Source: Trichlorobacter lovleyi SZ
Lineage (GTDB): Bacteria; Desulfobacterota; Desulfuromonadia; Geobacterales; Pseudopelobacteraceae
Length of the DNA stretch: 32,000 bases
Direction: 5' to 3'
Assembly: GCF_000020385.1 (NCBI RefSeq)
Contig: NC_010814.1
Location: 1,680,001-1,712,000, forward strand
Made by a program: the position numbers and the translations under genes. A model generated the notes under the pieces. That model did not search any database, had not been told where the DNA came from, and was given only the letters and a program-made list of their open reading frames with translations. The first letter of the stretch is position 1; every line of letters starts with the position of its first letter. Shown piece by piece: positions 9,795-18,964 of the stretch.

Positions 9795-11135
9795 ATGTTC
9801 CATAAAATACTCATCGCCAATCGCGGCGAGATCGCCATTCGGGTTATCCGGGCCTGTAAGGAACTGGGGATCAAGACGGTAGCGGTCTACTCCACTGCCG
9901 ATGCTGATTCATTGCATGTCAAGCTGGCGGATGAATCGGTCTGTATCGGTCCGGCACCCAGCAGCCAGAGCTACCTGAATATCAATGCCATCATCAGCGC
10001 TGCTGAACTGACCGATGCCGAGGCAATCCACCCCGGCTACGGTTTTCTGTCTGAAAACGCCAAGTTTGCCGAGATTTGCGAGCAGTGCGGCATTACCTTT
10101 ATCGGTCCCTCCGCTGAGAGTATGCGGGTCATGGGTGATAAAATCTCGGCCCGTCAGGCAGTGATCGAGCATGGTGTGCCGATTCTCCCCGGCACCAAGG
10201 AAAATGTAAAGACGGTTGACGAAGCAGTCAAAATTGCCAAGCAGATCGGCTTTCCGGTTATCATCAAGGCCACTGCCGGTGGCGGCGGGCGGGGCATGAA
10301 GATTGTCCATTCCCAAGCCACCCTTGCCAACGCCTATGCCACGGCCAAGGCAGAGGCGCAGGCAGGCTTCGGCAATCCTGATGTCTATATTGAAAAATAC
10401 TGTGTTGAGCCACGTCACGTAGAAATTCAGGTGCTGGCTGACAAGCACGGTAACTGCATTCACCTGGGGGAGCGGGATTGCTCCATCCAGCGCCGCCACC
10501 AGAAGATCATTGAAGAGGCTCCCTGTCCGGTCTTGACTCCCGAGACCCGTAAGGCGATGGGGGATGCAGCGATCAAGGCTGCCAAGGCGGTCAACTATTC
10601 CAGTGTCGGTACGGTCGAGTTCCTGCTGGACAAGAGCGGCGAGTTTTATTTCATGGAGATGAACACCCGGATCCAGGTGGAGCACCCGGTCACCGAGATG
10701 ATCACCGGGGTTGACCTGATCCGTGAACAGATCCGTTCTGCTGCCGGTCTGCCGCTACGTTACAAGCAAGAGGATATCAAGATTACCGGCCATGCCATCG
10801 AGTGCCGGATTAATGCTGAAGATCCCTTCAAATTCACTCCCTGTCCCGGCAAAATCACCGCCTACCACCAGCCTGGCGGTCTTGGAGTGCGGGTGGATTC
10901 ATTTGTGTATGATCAGTACACCGTGGTTCCCCACTATGACTCAATGATCGGCAAGCTGATTGTGCATGCCGAGACCCGCGAAGATGCGATCCGTCGTATG
11001 GCCCGAGCATTGGACGAGTATATCATTGAGGGGATCAAGACCACGATCTTCTTCCATAAACGGATTATGACCAACAAGGATTTTATCGAGGGTAATGTTG
11101 ATACGTCATTCCTTGACAGGATCGTGCTGGAGTAG
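9795..11135 (+). CDS. accC: Biotin carboxylase
   Basis: [54 protein letters not shown]. 446 aa. Confidence 0.95.
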   Translation: MFHKILIANRGEIAIRVIRACKELGIKTVAVYSTADADSLHVKLADESVCIGPAPSSQSYLNINAIISAAELTDAEAIHPGYGFLSENAKFAEICEQCGITFIGPSAESMRVMGDKISARQAVIEHGVPILPGTKENVKTVDEAVKIAKQIGFPVIIKATAGGGGRGMKIVHSQATLANAYATAKAEAQAGFGNPDVYIEKYCVEPRHVEIQVLADKHGNCIHLGERDCSIQRRHQKIIEEAPCPVLTPETRKAMGDAAIKAAKAVNYSSVGTVEFLLDKSGEFYFMEMNTRIQVEHPVTEMITGVDLIREQIRSAAGLPLRYKQEDIKITGHAIECRINAEDPFKFTPCPGKITAYHQPGGLGVRVDSFVYDQYTVVPHYDSMIGKLIVHAETREDAIRRMARALDEYIIEGIKTTIFFHKRIMTNKDFIEGNVDTSFLDRIVLE

Positions 11136-11138
11136 GGT

Positions 11139-11528
11139 ATGGAATTTCCGGAAGAACTGAAATATTCCAAGGAACATGTCTGGCTGAGGATTGAAGGAAA
11201 CCGGGCCGTGGTGGGGATTACCGACTTTGCCCAGGAAGAGCTGGGCACCATTGCCGCAGTAGAGCTGCCGGACGAAGGTGATCAGGTGGAGCAGGAAGAC
11301 TCGATGGGCTCCATTGAGGCCCGCAAGACCGTGGCGGAACTGTATGCTCCTGTAACCGGCACGGTGCTGGCGGTGAATGAAGAGGCTGTGGATACCCCTT
11401 CGTTGTTGAATGATGATCCCTATGACGGCGGCTGGCTGCTGGAACTGGAGCTGGAGGACCGGGATGAGCTGAAGGCTCTGATGTCGGCTGATGATTACGC
11501 TGACTATGTCGAAGACAAGGATGTATAA
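11139..11528 (+). CDS. gcvH: Glycine-cleavage H-protein family lipoyl carrier (no gcvT/gcvP in the window)
   Basis: YSKEHVWLRIEGNRAVVGITDFAQEELG; lipoyl-Lys context IEARKTVAELYAPVTG (Lys63, nt 11325-11327). Starts 3 nt after the accC stop. Confidence 0.85.
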   Translation: MEFPEELKYSKEHVWLRIEGNRAVVGITDFAQEELGTIAAVELPDEGDQVEQEDSMGSIEARKTVAELYAPVTGTVLAVNEEAVDTPSLLNDDPYDGGWLLELELEDRDELKALMSADDYADYVEDKDV

Positions 11529-11552
11529 AACAACTTTCAGGTATGCTATAAG

Positions 11553-11587
11553 AAGGGCGGGATGACTATCCCGCCCTTTTGCGTTTT
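11553..11587 (+). terminator. Rho-independent terminator after gcvH
   Basis: Stem AAGGGCGGGA / TCCCGCCCTT with a 6-nt loop, followed by TTTTGCGTTTT. Confidence 0.8.
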
Positions 11588-11751
11588 ATTCCGATTTTAT
11601 TTAAAGATCCTATCTTTGTTGGTTCGTTTTGGGCTCCTCAACGCGCCGGTTGTACGCCTGCGTCGCCAAAAAAAACTTGCCGCCTTGATATCATCCTCGA
11701 ACTGAATGGGAATTGCAGGGCGACACGTTGAGAGTAGTGTGAGGTGCGGTT

Positions 11752-13251
11752 GTGAAGAATCTTCTGGTGGTTGTGCTGATATTGGGTTTCGGTGCGGTTA
11801 CTGAACTACAGGCTGAACCGGTTCGGTTGACCATGGCTGATGCCGTAAAAATGGCAGTTGAAAAAAATCTTGATCTGCGGGTGGAGTTATACAACCCTGC
11901 CCAACAGGAGGCTGAGTATCAGAAAAGCCGCGGGATCTACAATCCGACCCTTACCCTGCAGGCAAGTTATAATGATACAACATCCTACTCTGCCAGCCGG
12001 CCATCAGGCAGATACTGGAATAATAACAGCCAGCTGAACGCCGGTATCAGCCAGCTGCTGCCCAGTGGTGCCACTGCTGCACTGGGATTCAATAACAGCT
12101 ATCTTTCCTCCGACGTAACCTCAACCTCAAGCGGATTATCATCCTACTGGCAGTCAAGTCTGGGGGTGACCCTGAACCAGCCACTGCTGAGAAACTTTGG
12201 CCGTGAACCCACCGAACTGACGATTGATACTGCTCGTTTGACTAAAGAAGCCTCCCTTGAAAAGTTGAGTAGCAAGCTGATCAGCGTCGTGGCTCAGGTA
12301 CGGACCGAGTACTATAAGCTCTACAGTCTGCGGGAGGAGTTGAGCGTCAGGAAAGTCTCCCTTGAACTGGCTCGCCGTGTTCTGAGTGAGACCCAGGCCA
12401 GGGTCAAGGCCGGTGTCATGCCTGCCATGGAGACCCTGAATGCTGAATTCGGTATGGCCAGTCGTGAGAAAGAGCTGATTGACGCTGAGCGGGCAGTGCA
12501 GGATCAGGTTGATGTGCTGGTGCAGTTGCTGCAGCTGCAGCCGGCACAGGGGCAGGACGTTGAAACCGTTGAAGTTCCCTCAAAGGGGCGCTATGAAGTA
12601 TCGGAGCAGGCGGAGATCAAGCGTGCCCTGAGTAACCGGCCGGAGCTGAAGGAGCTGAAGCGCAATCTGGAGCTGCTTGAACTGCAAACCAGGGTGTCCG
12701 GCAACAGGACCCGTCCGGACCTGTTGCTTTCTGCCTCTGCAGCAACAGCCGGTCTTGGTGATACCTATCCTCGGGATCTGGATCGTCTTTCTTCAGGCAC
12801 TTATCCGGCTTGGGGAGTCGGGCTGAGTTTCAGCTATCCCTTGGGAAACCAGGCCGCAGAGAATGACTATCGCAAAAATCGTTTGAAGCTTGATCAGTCG
12901 GCCCTGCAGATCCGAAACCAGGAAGAGTTGATCGCCAATGAGGTCCGCTCGGCAGTGCGGGCGATTGAGGCGAACTACAAGCAGCTTGATGTGGCAGACC
13001 GTGGACGGGCCTTTGCCGAAGAACGGTTGCGGGCCTTTGTACGCAAGGCAGAGGTCGGGCTTGCCACAACCAAGGATGTGCTTGATGTGGAGAACGACCT
13101 GGCTACCGCCAAAAATAACCAGATCAAGGCGCAGGTCGCCTATGCCAATGCCATCACCCAGCTCTGGAAGGCAACCGGCGAGATCCTTGCCAAAGAACAG
13201 GTCCGGATGGTAACCCTTGATCCGGACTCACTTTACAAAGGTATGAACTGA
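11752..13251 (+). CDS. TolC-family outer-membrane efflux protein
   Basis: GTG start with a GAGGTG RBS. Signal peptide MKNLLVVVLILGFGAVTELQA. Two OEP-type repeats are present (LTMADAVKMAVEKNLDLR...; ALSNRPELKELKRNLELLELQ...). Confidence 0.85.
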   Translation: MKNLLVVVLILGFGAVTELQAEPVRLTMADAVKMAVEKNLDLRVELYNPAQQEAEYQKSRGIYNPTLTLQASYNDTTSYSASRPSGRYWNNNSQLNAGISQLLPSGATAALGFNNSYLSSDVTSTSSGLSSYWQSSLGVTLNQPLLRNFGREPTELTIDTARLTKEASLEKLSSKLISVVAQVRTEYYKLYSLREELSVRKVSLELARRVLSETQARVKAGVMPAMETLNAEFGMASREKELIDAERAVQDQVDVLVQLLQLQPAQGQDVETVEVPSKGRYEVSEQAEIKRALSNRPELKELKRNLELLELQTRVSGNRTRPDLLLSASAATAGLGDTYPRDLDRLSSGTYPAWGVGLSFSYPLGNQAAENDYRKNRLKLDQSALQIRNQEELIANEVRSAVRAIEANYKQLDVADRGRAFAEERLRAFVRKAEVGLATTKDVLDVENDLATAKNNQIKAQVAYANAITQLWKATGEILAKEQVRMVTLDPDSLYKGMN

Positions 13252-14078
13252 TGTTGAGAATCGGACGGATAGACTATGCCAACTGCACGCCGCTTTTTAT
13301 GCAGCTGGAAGATAAACTGCCGGGCGAGACAACGGCTATTGTGCATGGTGTGCCGGCAACGCTGAATGCCAGGCTGGCAAAAGGAGAGATTGATATCTGT
13401 ATCTCTTCTTCAATCGAATTTTCCCGTCATGCAGATGACTATGCCATCCTGCCGGGGCACTGTATCGGTTCCGTTGGTGCGGTAAAAAGCGTGTTGCTGT
13501 TTACCAACCGCCCGGTGGAAGAGCTGTCTGGCGAACAACTGCTGGTGACCAGCGAATCGGCAACGTCGGTTATCCTGCTGCAGATTCTGCTGGCAAAGCG
13601 TTGGGGGCTGTCCGGCTGTTCTTTGCAAACCAGCTCCATGACGTGGCAGGAGGCGTTGCAGCAGTCTCCGGGGCTGTTACTGATCGGCGACCGTGCTTTG
13701 CAGGCTGCATCCGACAGAGCAGCTGTCCACTGTTATGACCTGGGACAGGAGTGGAAGGATTTGACCGGCCTGCCTTTTGTCTTTGCCCTCTGGTTAATCA
13801 ACCGGACTTCAGCCAGGGGAAAGGAGCGTGCGTTGACTCACTTCAGCCAGCTGCTGGAGCAGGCCCGTGAGCGGATTGAGCCGGATGCCGAGCTGCTTGC
13901 TGCACGGGCGCCGGAATCCGCCTGGGTCGGCGTGCAGCCGTTGGCGGAGTACTGGCGTCATGCAATTACCTATCAGCTTGATGCGGCTCATCTGGCCGGA
14001 CTCGAACGTTTTTACGCCTTTGCAGCTGAGCTTGGACTGATCCCTGCTGCCCCCCAACCGGTATTTTATCCATTATGA
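13251..14078 (+). CDS. mqnA: MqnA-like (DUF178/VitK2 biosynthesis family; chorismate dehydratase of the futalosine pathway) protein
   Basis: MLRIGRIDYANCTPLF..., about 275 aa, no signal peptide. This fits the MqnA/MqnD periplasmic-binding-protein-like family as I remember it. The ATG overlaps the tolC-like TGA by 1 nt. Confidence 0.55.
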   Translation: MLRIGRIDYANCTPLFMQLEDKLPGETTAIVHGVPATLNARLAKGEIDICISSSIEFSRHADDYAILPGHCIGSVGAVKSVLLFTNRPVEELSGEQLLVTSESATSVILLQILLAKRWGLSGCSLQTSSMTWQEALQQSPGLLLIGDRALQAASDRAAVHCYDLGQEWKDLTGLPFVFALWLINRTSARGKERALTHFSQLLEQARERIEPDAELLAARAPESAWVGVQPLAEYWRHAITYQLDAAHLAGLERFYAFAAELGLIPAAPQPVFYPL

Positions 14079-16492
14079 CCCCCGTACCTTCTCAGGAACA
14101 ATCTTCTCAGCCCAGCTCAGCCTGGTTTGATTCACTGTCAAGGCTGATTCAGCCGGATGCACGGAATCGCTCCATTGGAGAACGGCTGGTGGAGCAGTGT
14201 GTCAGGGTATCATTAATGGTCAAACTGCGCTGGGCCATGCTGGCGGCATTATTCTGTTACGTGCTGCTGGCAGAACTGTTCCTGGCGCCGGACATTGACC
14301 TGCCGATCTTCCATATTGAACAATGGAGCCTTTCGCTCAAGGCTACGGCAATCTTCTTTGCCGTTGCCTTCCCACTGGTATCGCTCCCCTGCAGCGTCTG
14401 GAGAAACTGTCGCTTGGTGATCTATCTGCAGGTGCTGCTTGATCTCTTGTTTGTGACGGCTGCAATACACTGGAGCGGAGGTGTTGTCAGTTGGCTTTGG
14501 CCGGCTTACCTGCTGATTTCGCTGGAGTCTGCCTTCCTGTTTGAGAAGAAGCGGGAGGTCTGGGGTATCGGCATGATCGGCGCAGCACTTTATGGGGTGC
14601 TGCTTGCGGCTGAACAACTTGATTTTATCGCAACGGTCAGAATGCCGTTTATGGAGGAGGAAAGTCCCAGTATCCTGTTTGAGCTGTTGATGTGGCTCTG
14701 GGTTGCCGGGGTTAATACGGTGGTTTCATTCTTTGGTGCCTTTCTGATGGATAAAATCCGCTCAGATCATCAGAAGGTCCAGCAAAGTCAAGAGGCCTTG
14801 ACCGGCTTTATTGCCACAGCCCACGATCTGATTTTCTGCTGCCGTCAGGATGGGACCCTGCTGTATCTGAATCAGGTCGGGCAGGATATGATCGGACCAC
14901 TGGAAGGGGAGGGCGGTGATATCAGTCTGTTCAACCTGACTGATGAGGAAGGTAAGGGGCTGTTGGCACGCCAGTTTGAAAAAGTGACACGACGGATAGA
15001 TGCCGGTCATTTCGAAATGCGCCTGCTTTCTCCAGCCGTTGGCAGGATACTGGATCTGGAGGTGAGCCTCTCCACCTGCTGTAATGACGTGCCGGATCAG
15101 GTGATCTGGGGGGTCTGCCACGATATTACGGAACGTAATCTGGCCCAGCGTGAACTGATCAAGTTGGCCCATCACGACGTGCTGACTGGCTTGCCCAACC
15201 GGATACTGCTGCATGATCGTCTGCAGCAGGCCCGTGCCTTTGCCCACCGGATGAACTCCCGCTTTGCGCTGCTGTTTCTTGATATGGACCGCTTCAAGAT
15301 TATCAACGATACACTGGGCCATGCGGTGGGGGATGACCTGCTCAGGATGATTGCCCAGCGTCTGAAGGCCTGTTTTCGTGAGACCGATACCGTTGCCAGA
15401 ATCGGTGGTGATGAATTTGTTGTGCTGATGCTGAATGTTACTGATCGAACCGATATCTGTACTTTGAATGACAAGCTGCTCCAGGAGCTCGCCCAGCCGT
15501 TTATGATCCGTGGCCATGAACTGTTTGTAACCACCAGCGGCGGTGTCTGTACCTATCCCGATGATGAGGATGATGTCGAGATCATGATGCAGAAGGCGGA
15601 TATTGCCATGTACCATGCCAAGGCGCTGGGACGGAACAATATCCAGTTCTATAATGACGGCATGGATCAGAACTCGTCCCGCCGCTTTACCATTGCCAAC
15701 TCCATGCGGCGTGGCCTGGATCGTGGAGAGTTCCGGCTCTATTACCAACCCAAGCTGGATGTCTCAAGCGACTGCATTGTTGCCACTGAAGCACTGGTGC
15801 GCTGGCAGCATCCCGAGCTTGGCCTGCTGGCCCCGACAGAGTTTATTCAGCTGGCCGAGGAAAGTGGTTTGATTGTCGAACTTGGTGAATGGGTGCTACG
15901 GGAGGCCTGTCGCCAAAACATGGTCTGGCGGCAGGAAGGGATGCGCGGTCTGCGGGTGGCGGTTAATCTCTCCGGCTATCAGTTGCAACACAGTCGCCTG
16001 GTGGAAACGGTCCGCAAGGTCCTTGATGAGACAGGTATGCCGGGCGAACTGCTTGAGTTTGAGATCACCGAGAGCGTGATCATGCAGAACCCTGACTATG
16101 CGGTGGAGGTGCTGAATGAGATCACCAACCTCGGCATTCATATCTCGATTGATGATTTTGGTACCGGCTATTCATCCCTTGCGCACCTGAAACGCTTCAG
16201 CGTGAATACCTTGAAAATAGACAAGTCATTTGTGCGCGACGTGGAGAACAACACCACCGACGCGGCAATTGCCTCTGCCATTATTGCCATGGGAAGCAGT
16301 CTGAACCTGAAGGTGATTGCTGAAGGGGTTGAGACAGAACAACAGATGGACTTCTTGAGGGATAATAACTGCGATCAGGTTCAGGGCTTTCTGATCAGTC
16401 GTCCGCTCCCTGCCGATCAGGCCTTGAAGGTGTTACGTCAGAAATGTATTGGTGAGCTGGCGCAAGGGCGTGAAGCTCTGAAGGAACGGTAA
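14075..16492 (+). CDS. Membrane-anchored PAS-GGDEF-EAL c-di-GMP turnover protein
   Basis: About 6 N-terminal TM helices and a PAS-like segment. GGDEF is intact (RIGGDEFVV) with an RxxD I-site (RETD) 5 aa upstream. EAL motifs are intact: EALVRW, NLS, EITES, DDFGTGYSS, KIDKSF, EGVE, QGF. ATGA overlap with the upstream gene. Confidence 0.92.
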   Translation: MTPVPSQEQSSQPSSAWFDSLSRLIQPDARNRSIGERLVEQCVRVSLMVKLRWAMLAALFCYVLLAELFLAPDIDLPIFHIEQWSLSLKATAIFFAVAFPLVSLPCSVWRNCRLVIYLQVLLDLLFVTAAIHWSGGVVSWLWPAYLLISLESAFLFEKKREVWGIGMIGAALYGVLLAAEQLDFIATVRMPFMEEESPSILFELLMWLWVAGVNTVVSFFGAFLMDKIRSDHQKVQQSQEALTGFIATAHDLIFCCRQDGTLLYLNQVGQDMIGPLEGEGGDISLFNLTDEEGKGLLARQFEKVTRRIDAGHFEMRLLSPAVGRILDLEVSLSTCCNDVPDQVIWGVCHDITERNLAQRELIKLAHHDVLTGLPNRILLHDRLQQARAFAHRMNSRFALLFLDMDRFKIINDTLGHAVGDDLLRMIAQRLKACFRETDTVARIGGDEFVVLMLNVTDRTDICTLNDKLLQELAQPFMIRGHELFVTTSGGVCTYPDDEDDVEIMMQKADIAMYHAKALGRNNIQFYNDGMDQNSSRRFTIANSMRRGLDRGEFRLYYQPKLDVSSDCIVATEALVRWQHPELGLLAPTEFIQLAEESGLIVELGEWVLREACRQNMVWRQEGMRGLRVAVNLSGYQLQHSRLVETVRKVLDETGMPGELLEFEITESVIMQNPDYAVEVLNEITNLGIHISIDDFGTGYSSLAHLKRFSVNTLKIDKSFVRDVENNTTDAAIASAIIAMGSSLNLKVIAEGVETEQQMDFLRDNNCDQVQGFLISRPLPADQALKVLRQKCIGELAQGREALKER

Positions 16493-16911
16493 TCTGCCAA
16501 AATTCCGGCATGGTCAAAGCAAAGCGGAGAGGGTAACGTGTCAGGCAGGAACAGATCCAGATCCGCAGCGTCGTCAGCTGCCTGGGGAACCCCGCTTGCC
16601 TGAGCAATAAAAACGGTTGTGATGGTATGCATCCGTTCGTCCCGGGCCGGATCGGAGTAGCAGCCGAGCAGATGCAGGTTGTGGATTGACAGTCCGGTCT
16701 CTTCCTGAGCCTCCCGAATTGCAGCAGCCTCAAGAGATTCACCATAATCCACAAATCCACCCGGCAGAGCCCAGCCGTGAGGTGGATTTTTACGTTTGAT
16801 CAGGACGATTCTGGTGTCCAGTTCAATGATGATGTCCACCGTGGGAAGCGGGTTGCGGTATTGTTTAACCGCTGCTCCGCAGGATGGGCAGGTGAGGCTG
16901 CTGAAGGACAT
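16438..16911 (-). CDS. NUDIX hydrolase with an N-terminal zinc-ribbon-like CxxC
   Basis: The Nudix box GFVDYGESLEAAAIREAQEETGL matches Gx5Ex7REUxEExGU. AGGAGA RBS. The 3' end overlaps the convergent GGDEF-EAL gene by 55 nt. Confidence 0.88.
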   Translation of the reverse strand: MSFSSLTCPSCGAAVKQYRNPLPTVDIIIELDTRIVLIKRKNPPHGWALPGGFVDYGESLEAAAIREAQEETGLSIHNLHLLGCYSDPARDERMHTITTVFIAQASGVPQAADDAADLDLFLPDTLPSPLCFDHAGILADYRSFRASRPCASSPIHF

Positions 16912-16993
16912 GGTTGTCTCCTGACGTCATTCCGTTACATCAAAGGGCTGAAGACGAGCCAACGAAGATTACGCCTTGAAATGGAATCGGGGT

Positions 16994-17028
16994 TACAAAA
17001 AAAGGGAAGCATTGAGCTTCCCTTTTTA
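16994..17028 (-). terminator. Rho-independent terminator after the PxxKW gene (A-tract on the other side, so possibly bidirectional)
   Basis: Read on the - strand: AAAAAGGGAAGC-TCAAT-GCTTCCC followed by TTTTTTT. Confidence 0.8.
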
Positions 17029-17046
17029 GTGCCTGTATGGATGAAG

Positions 17047-17337
17047 TTACTTCTTCTTGCCGCCAGAGGCCTTCTTGGAGGCTTTGAGCGGGTTGACCTT
17101 GAGGTCTTCCACCTTGATTTCAACCTTGACGTGTGTAGCAAAGTTGCAGATGCCGTTGGCCCACTTCTTTGCAGGTGCCGGATATGCGCCGCAAACCTGG
17201 CCGATGCTACCATCAACAATACGTTCACATCCTTCACAATTTTCTACTACGGTCTGGCAGGAACCATCAGGGAATACACATCCGCTCTTTGCCATGAAGG
17301 TACACTCGGTACCGGGAAGCACGGTTTGACACTGCAT
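17047..17337 (-). CDS. PxxKW-family cysteine-rich small protein
   Basis: 96 aa with 8 Cys, including CEGC. Contains the motif PAKKW (PxxKW) and a Lys-rich tail KASKKASGGKKK. Strong RBS GAGGAGGA. Confidence 0.75.
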   Translation of the reverse strand: MQCQTVLPGTECTFMAKSGCVFPDGSCQTVVENCEGCERIVDGSIGQVCGAYPAPAKKWANGICNFATHVKVEIKVEDLKVNPLKASKKASGGKKK

Positions 17338-17378
17338 ACTTCATCCTCCTCAAAGTGATTCAGCTCAACTGGAATTAA

Positions 17379-17408
17379 ACTGTAGCAATTATGAAAAGAA
17401 AAAGTCAA
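17379..17408 (-). promoter_or_regulatory. Putative sigma70 promoter for the PxxKW gene (TTGACT - 18 nt - TACAGT on the - strand)
   Basis: Hexamers read by eye in the AT-rich divergent spacer 17338-17545. Confidence 0.4.
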
Positions 17409-17468
17409 TACCAAAAACTGCACCAACTGTCTATAAAAATATATCAGGTTGCCGTTTTGGGGCGCCGT

Positions 17469-17497
17469 TTGACTTGACGCTGGTCCTGCACTATAGT
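17469..17497 (+). promoter_or_regulatory. Putative sigma70 promoter for the phosphohexomutase gene (TTGACT - 17 nt - TATAGT)
   Basis: Near-consensus hexamers with optimal 17-nt spacing, about 48 nt upstream of the ATG at 17546. Confidence 0.55.
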
Positions 17498-17545
17498 AGC
17501 CTAACAAGATAAAAGCTGTCTTATATTCTCTTGCAGGGAGGGATC

Positions 17546-18964
17546 ATGGCTCACATCACATTCGGCACTTCCGGGTGGCGGGGAATCTTGTGCGAAGATT
17601 TTACCTTTGAGAATGTCAAGATTGTAACTCAGGCCATTGCCGATTACCTGAAGGAATCTGGCGAAGCTGCGAACGGTGTGATTGTCGGCTGTGATACCCG
17701 CTTTATGGGCAAACGATTCACGGAAGAAGCCGCTGCGGTGCTGGCAGGTGCCGGGATCAAGGCGCTGCTGTGCAGCCGGGATGTCCCTACTCCGGTGATT
17801 GCATTTGAAATCCTGCGGCGTGGTGCTGCAGGCGGGATTAACTTTACGGCCAGCCATAATCCACCTGAATATAATGGTATTAAATTTTCTCCTTCCTGGG
17901 GAGGGCCGGCCCTGCCTGAGACCACCAGGCAGATTGAACGACGTGCCAATGAGATGATGGGGGACTTCTGCTACAGCGAGCTATCCCTCGAAGAGGCAAA
18001 ACGGCGTAACCTGTTAGAGGTGATAGATCCCCATTGCGCTTATCTTGCCGCACTTGAGCAGAAGGTTGATTTTGACGCCCTCAAGACCATCGGCAAGCTG
18101 GGATTGAACCCGCTCTATGGCACGGCCCGCGGCTATCTGGATGCGCCGCTCAAGGCCCTTGGCATCCCTTATGCCATTATCAATGACCATCTTGATCCGT
18201 ATTTTGGCGGGCAACCACCGGAGCCGTCCGAGGCACATATCCCTGACTTTATCTCGCTGGTGAAGAATGATCCCACCATCCGTCTGGGACTGGCCACTGA
18301 CGGGGATGCTGATCGTTTCGGTATTCTGGATGCTGACGGCACTTACATTGAGCCTAACTATATTATTGCCCTGCTGCTGGACTATCTGATCCGTGTCCGC
18401 AAGCTTTCCGGCGGTGTGGCCCGCAGTGTGGCAACTTCTCATTTTGTTGATGCAGTGGCAAAAAAACATGGTGTGCCCGTTTATGAGACACCGGTTGGCT
18501 TTAAATATATCGGCGAATTGATTGCCCAGGACAAGATTGTAATTGGTGGTGAAGAAAGCGCCGGACTCACCATAAAAGGGCATGTACCTGAGAAAGATGG
18601 TATTCTGGCCTGCTTCCTGGTGGCTGAGATGGTGGCCCGTGAGGGCAAGACGGTACGGGAATTGCTTGAGCGGATGTATGCTGATGTTGGCCGGTTTGTC
18701 ACCCGCCGTGATAACCTGAAGCTCTCGCCGGAACTGGAGGCTGCCTATCCCGCTAAGGTGGCAGCAGTACCCAAAGAGATTGCCGGCGCTGCAGTAACAG
18801 ATGTCAGTACCCTCGATGGGGTCAAGTTGGTCCTGTCGGATGGTTCCTGGATGCTGTTCCGTAAATCCGGTACTGAGCCGGTGGTACGGCTCTATGGCGA
18901 GGCCTCTTCCGAGGCGCGTCTGTCAGAGGTGATGGCAGCCGGCCGCAGTTTTATTCTTGGCTGA
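17546..18964 (+). CDS. Phosphoglucomutase/phosphomannomutase-family protein (alpha-D-phosphohexomutase)
   Basis: Catalytic Ser loop TASHNPPEYNGIK, Mg loop ATDGDADRFG, sugar loop GGEESAG, phosphate loop RKSGTEP. ATG at 17546 with a GGGAGGGA RBS. Confidence 0.9.
   Translation: MAHITFGTSGWRGILCEDFTFENVKIVTQAIADYLKESGEAANGVIVGCDTRFMGKRFTEEAAAVLAGAGIKALLCSRDVPTPVIAFEILRRGAAGGINFTASHNPPEYNGIKFSPSWGGPALPETTRQIERRANEMMGDFCYSELSLEEAKRRNLLEVIDPHCAYLAALEQKVDFDALKTIGKLGLNPLYGTARGYLDAPLKALGIPYAIINDHLDPYFGGQPPEPSEAHIPDFISLVKNDPTIRLGLATDGDADRFGILDADGTYIEPNYIIALLLDYLIRVRKLSGGVARSVATSHFVDAVAKKHGVPVYETPVGFKYIGELIAQDKIVIGGEESAGLTIKGHVPEKDGILACFLVAEMVAREGKTVRELLERMYADVGRFVTRRDNLKLSPELEAAYPAKVAAVPKEIAGAAVTDVSTLDGVKLVLSDGSWMLFRKSGTEPVVRLYGEASSEARLSEVMAAGRSFILG

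Noticed and set aside
11588-11751. 164-nt leader upstream of the TolC-like gene, checked for a c-di-GMP (GEMM) or other riboswitch and for a tRNA or sRNA
   Set aside because: I could not find the conserved GEMM-I core elements (GCAAA...GGGACGCAAAGCC-type) or a tRNA cloverleaf. Only a poly-A run and weak promoter-like hexamers are present. A covariance-model scan (Rfam/Infernal) would be needed to exclude it formally.
16777-17358. 193-aa + strand ORF spanning the NUDIX/PxxKW intergenic region and the PxxKW gene
   Set aside because: It crosses a clear terminator hairpin and is antisense to the PxxKW gene, which has a strong RBS and a family-defining motif. It has no RBS and no motifs of its own.
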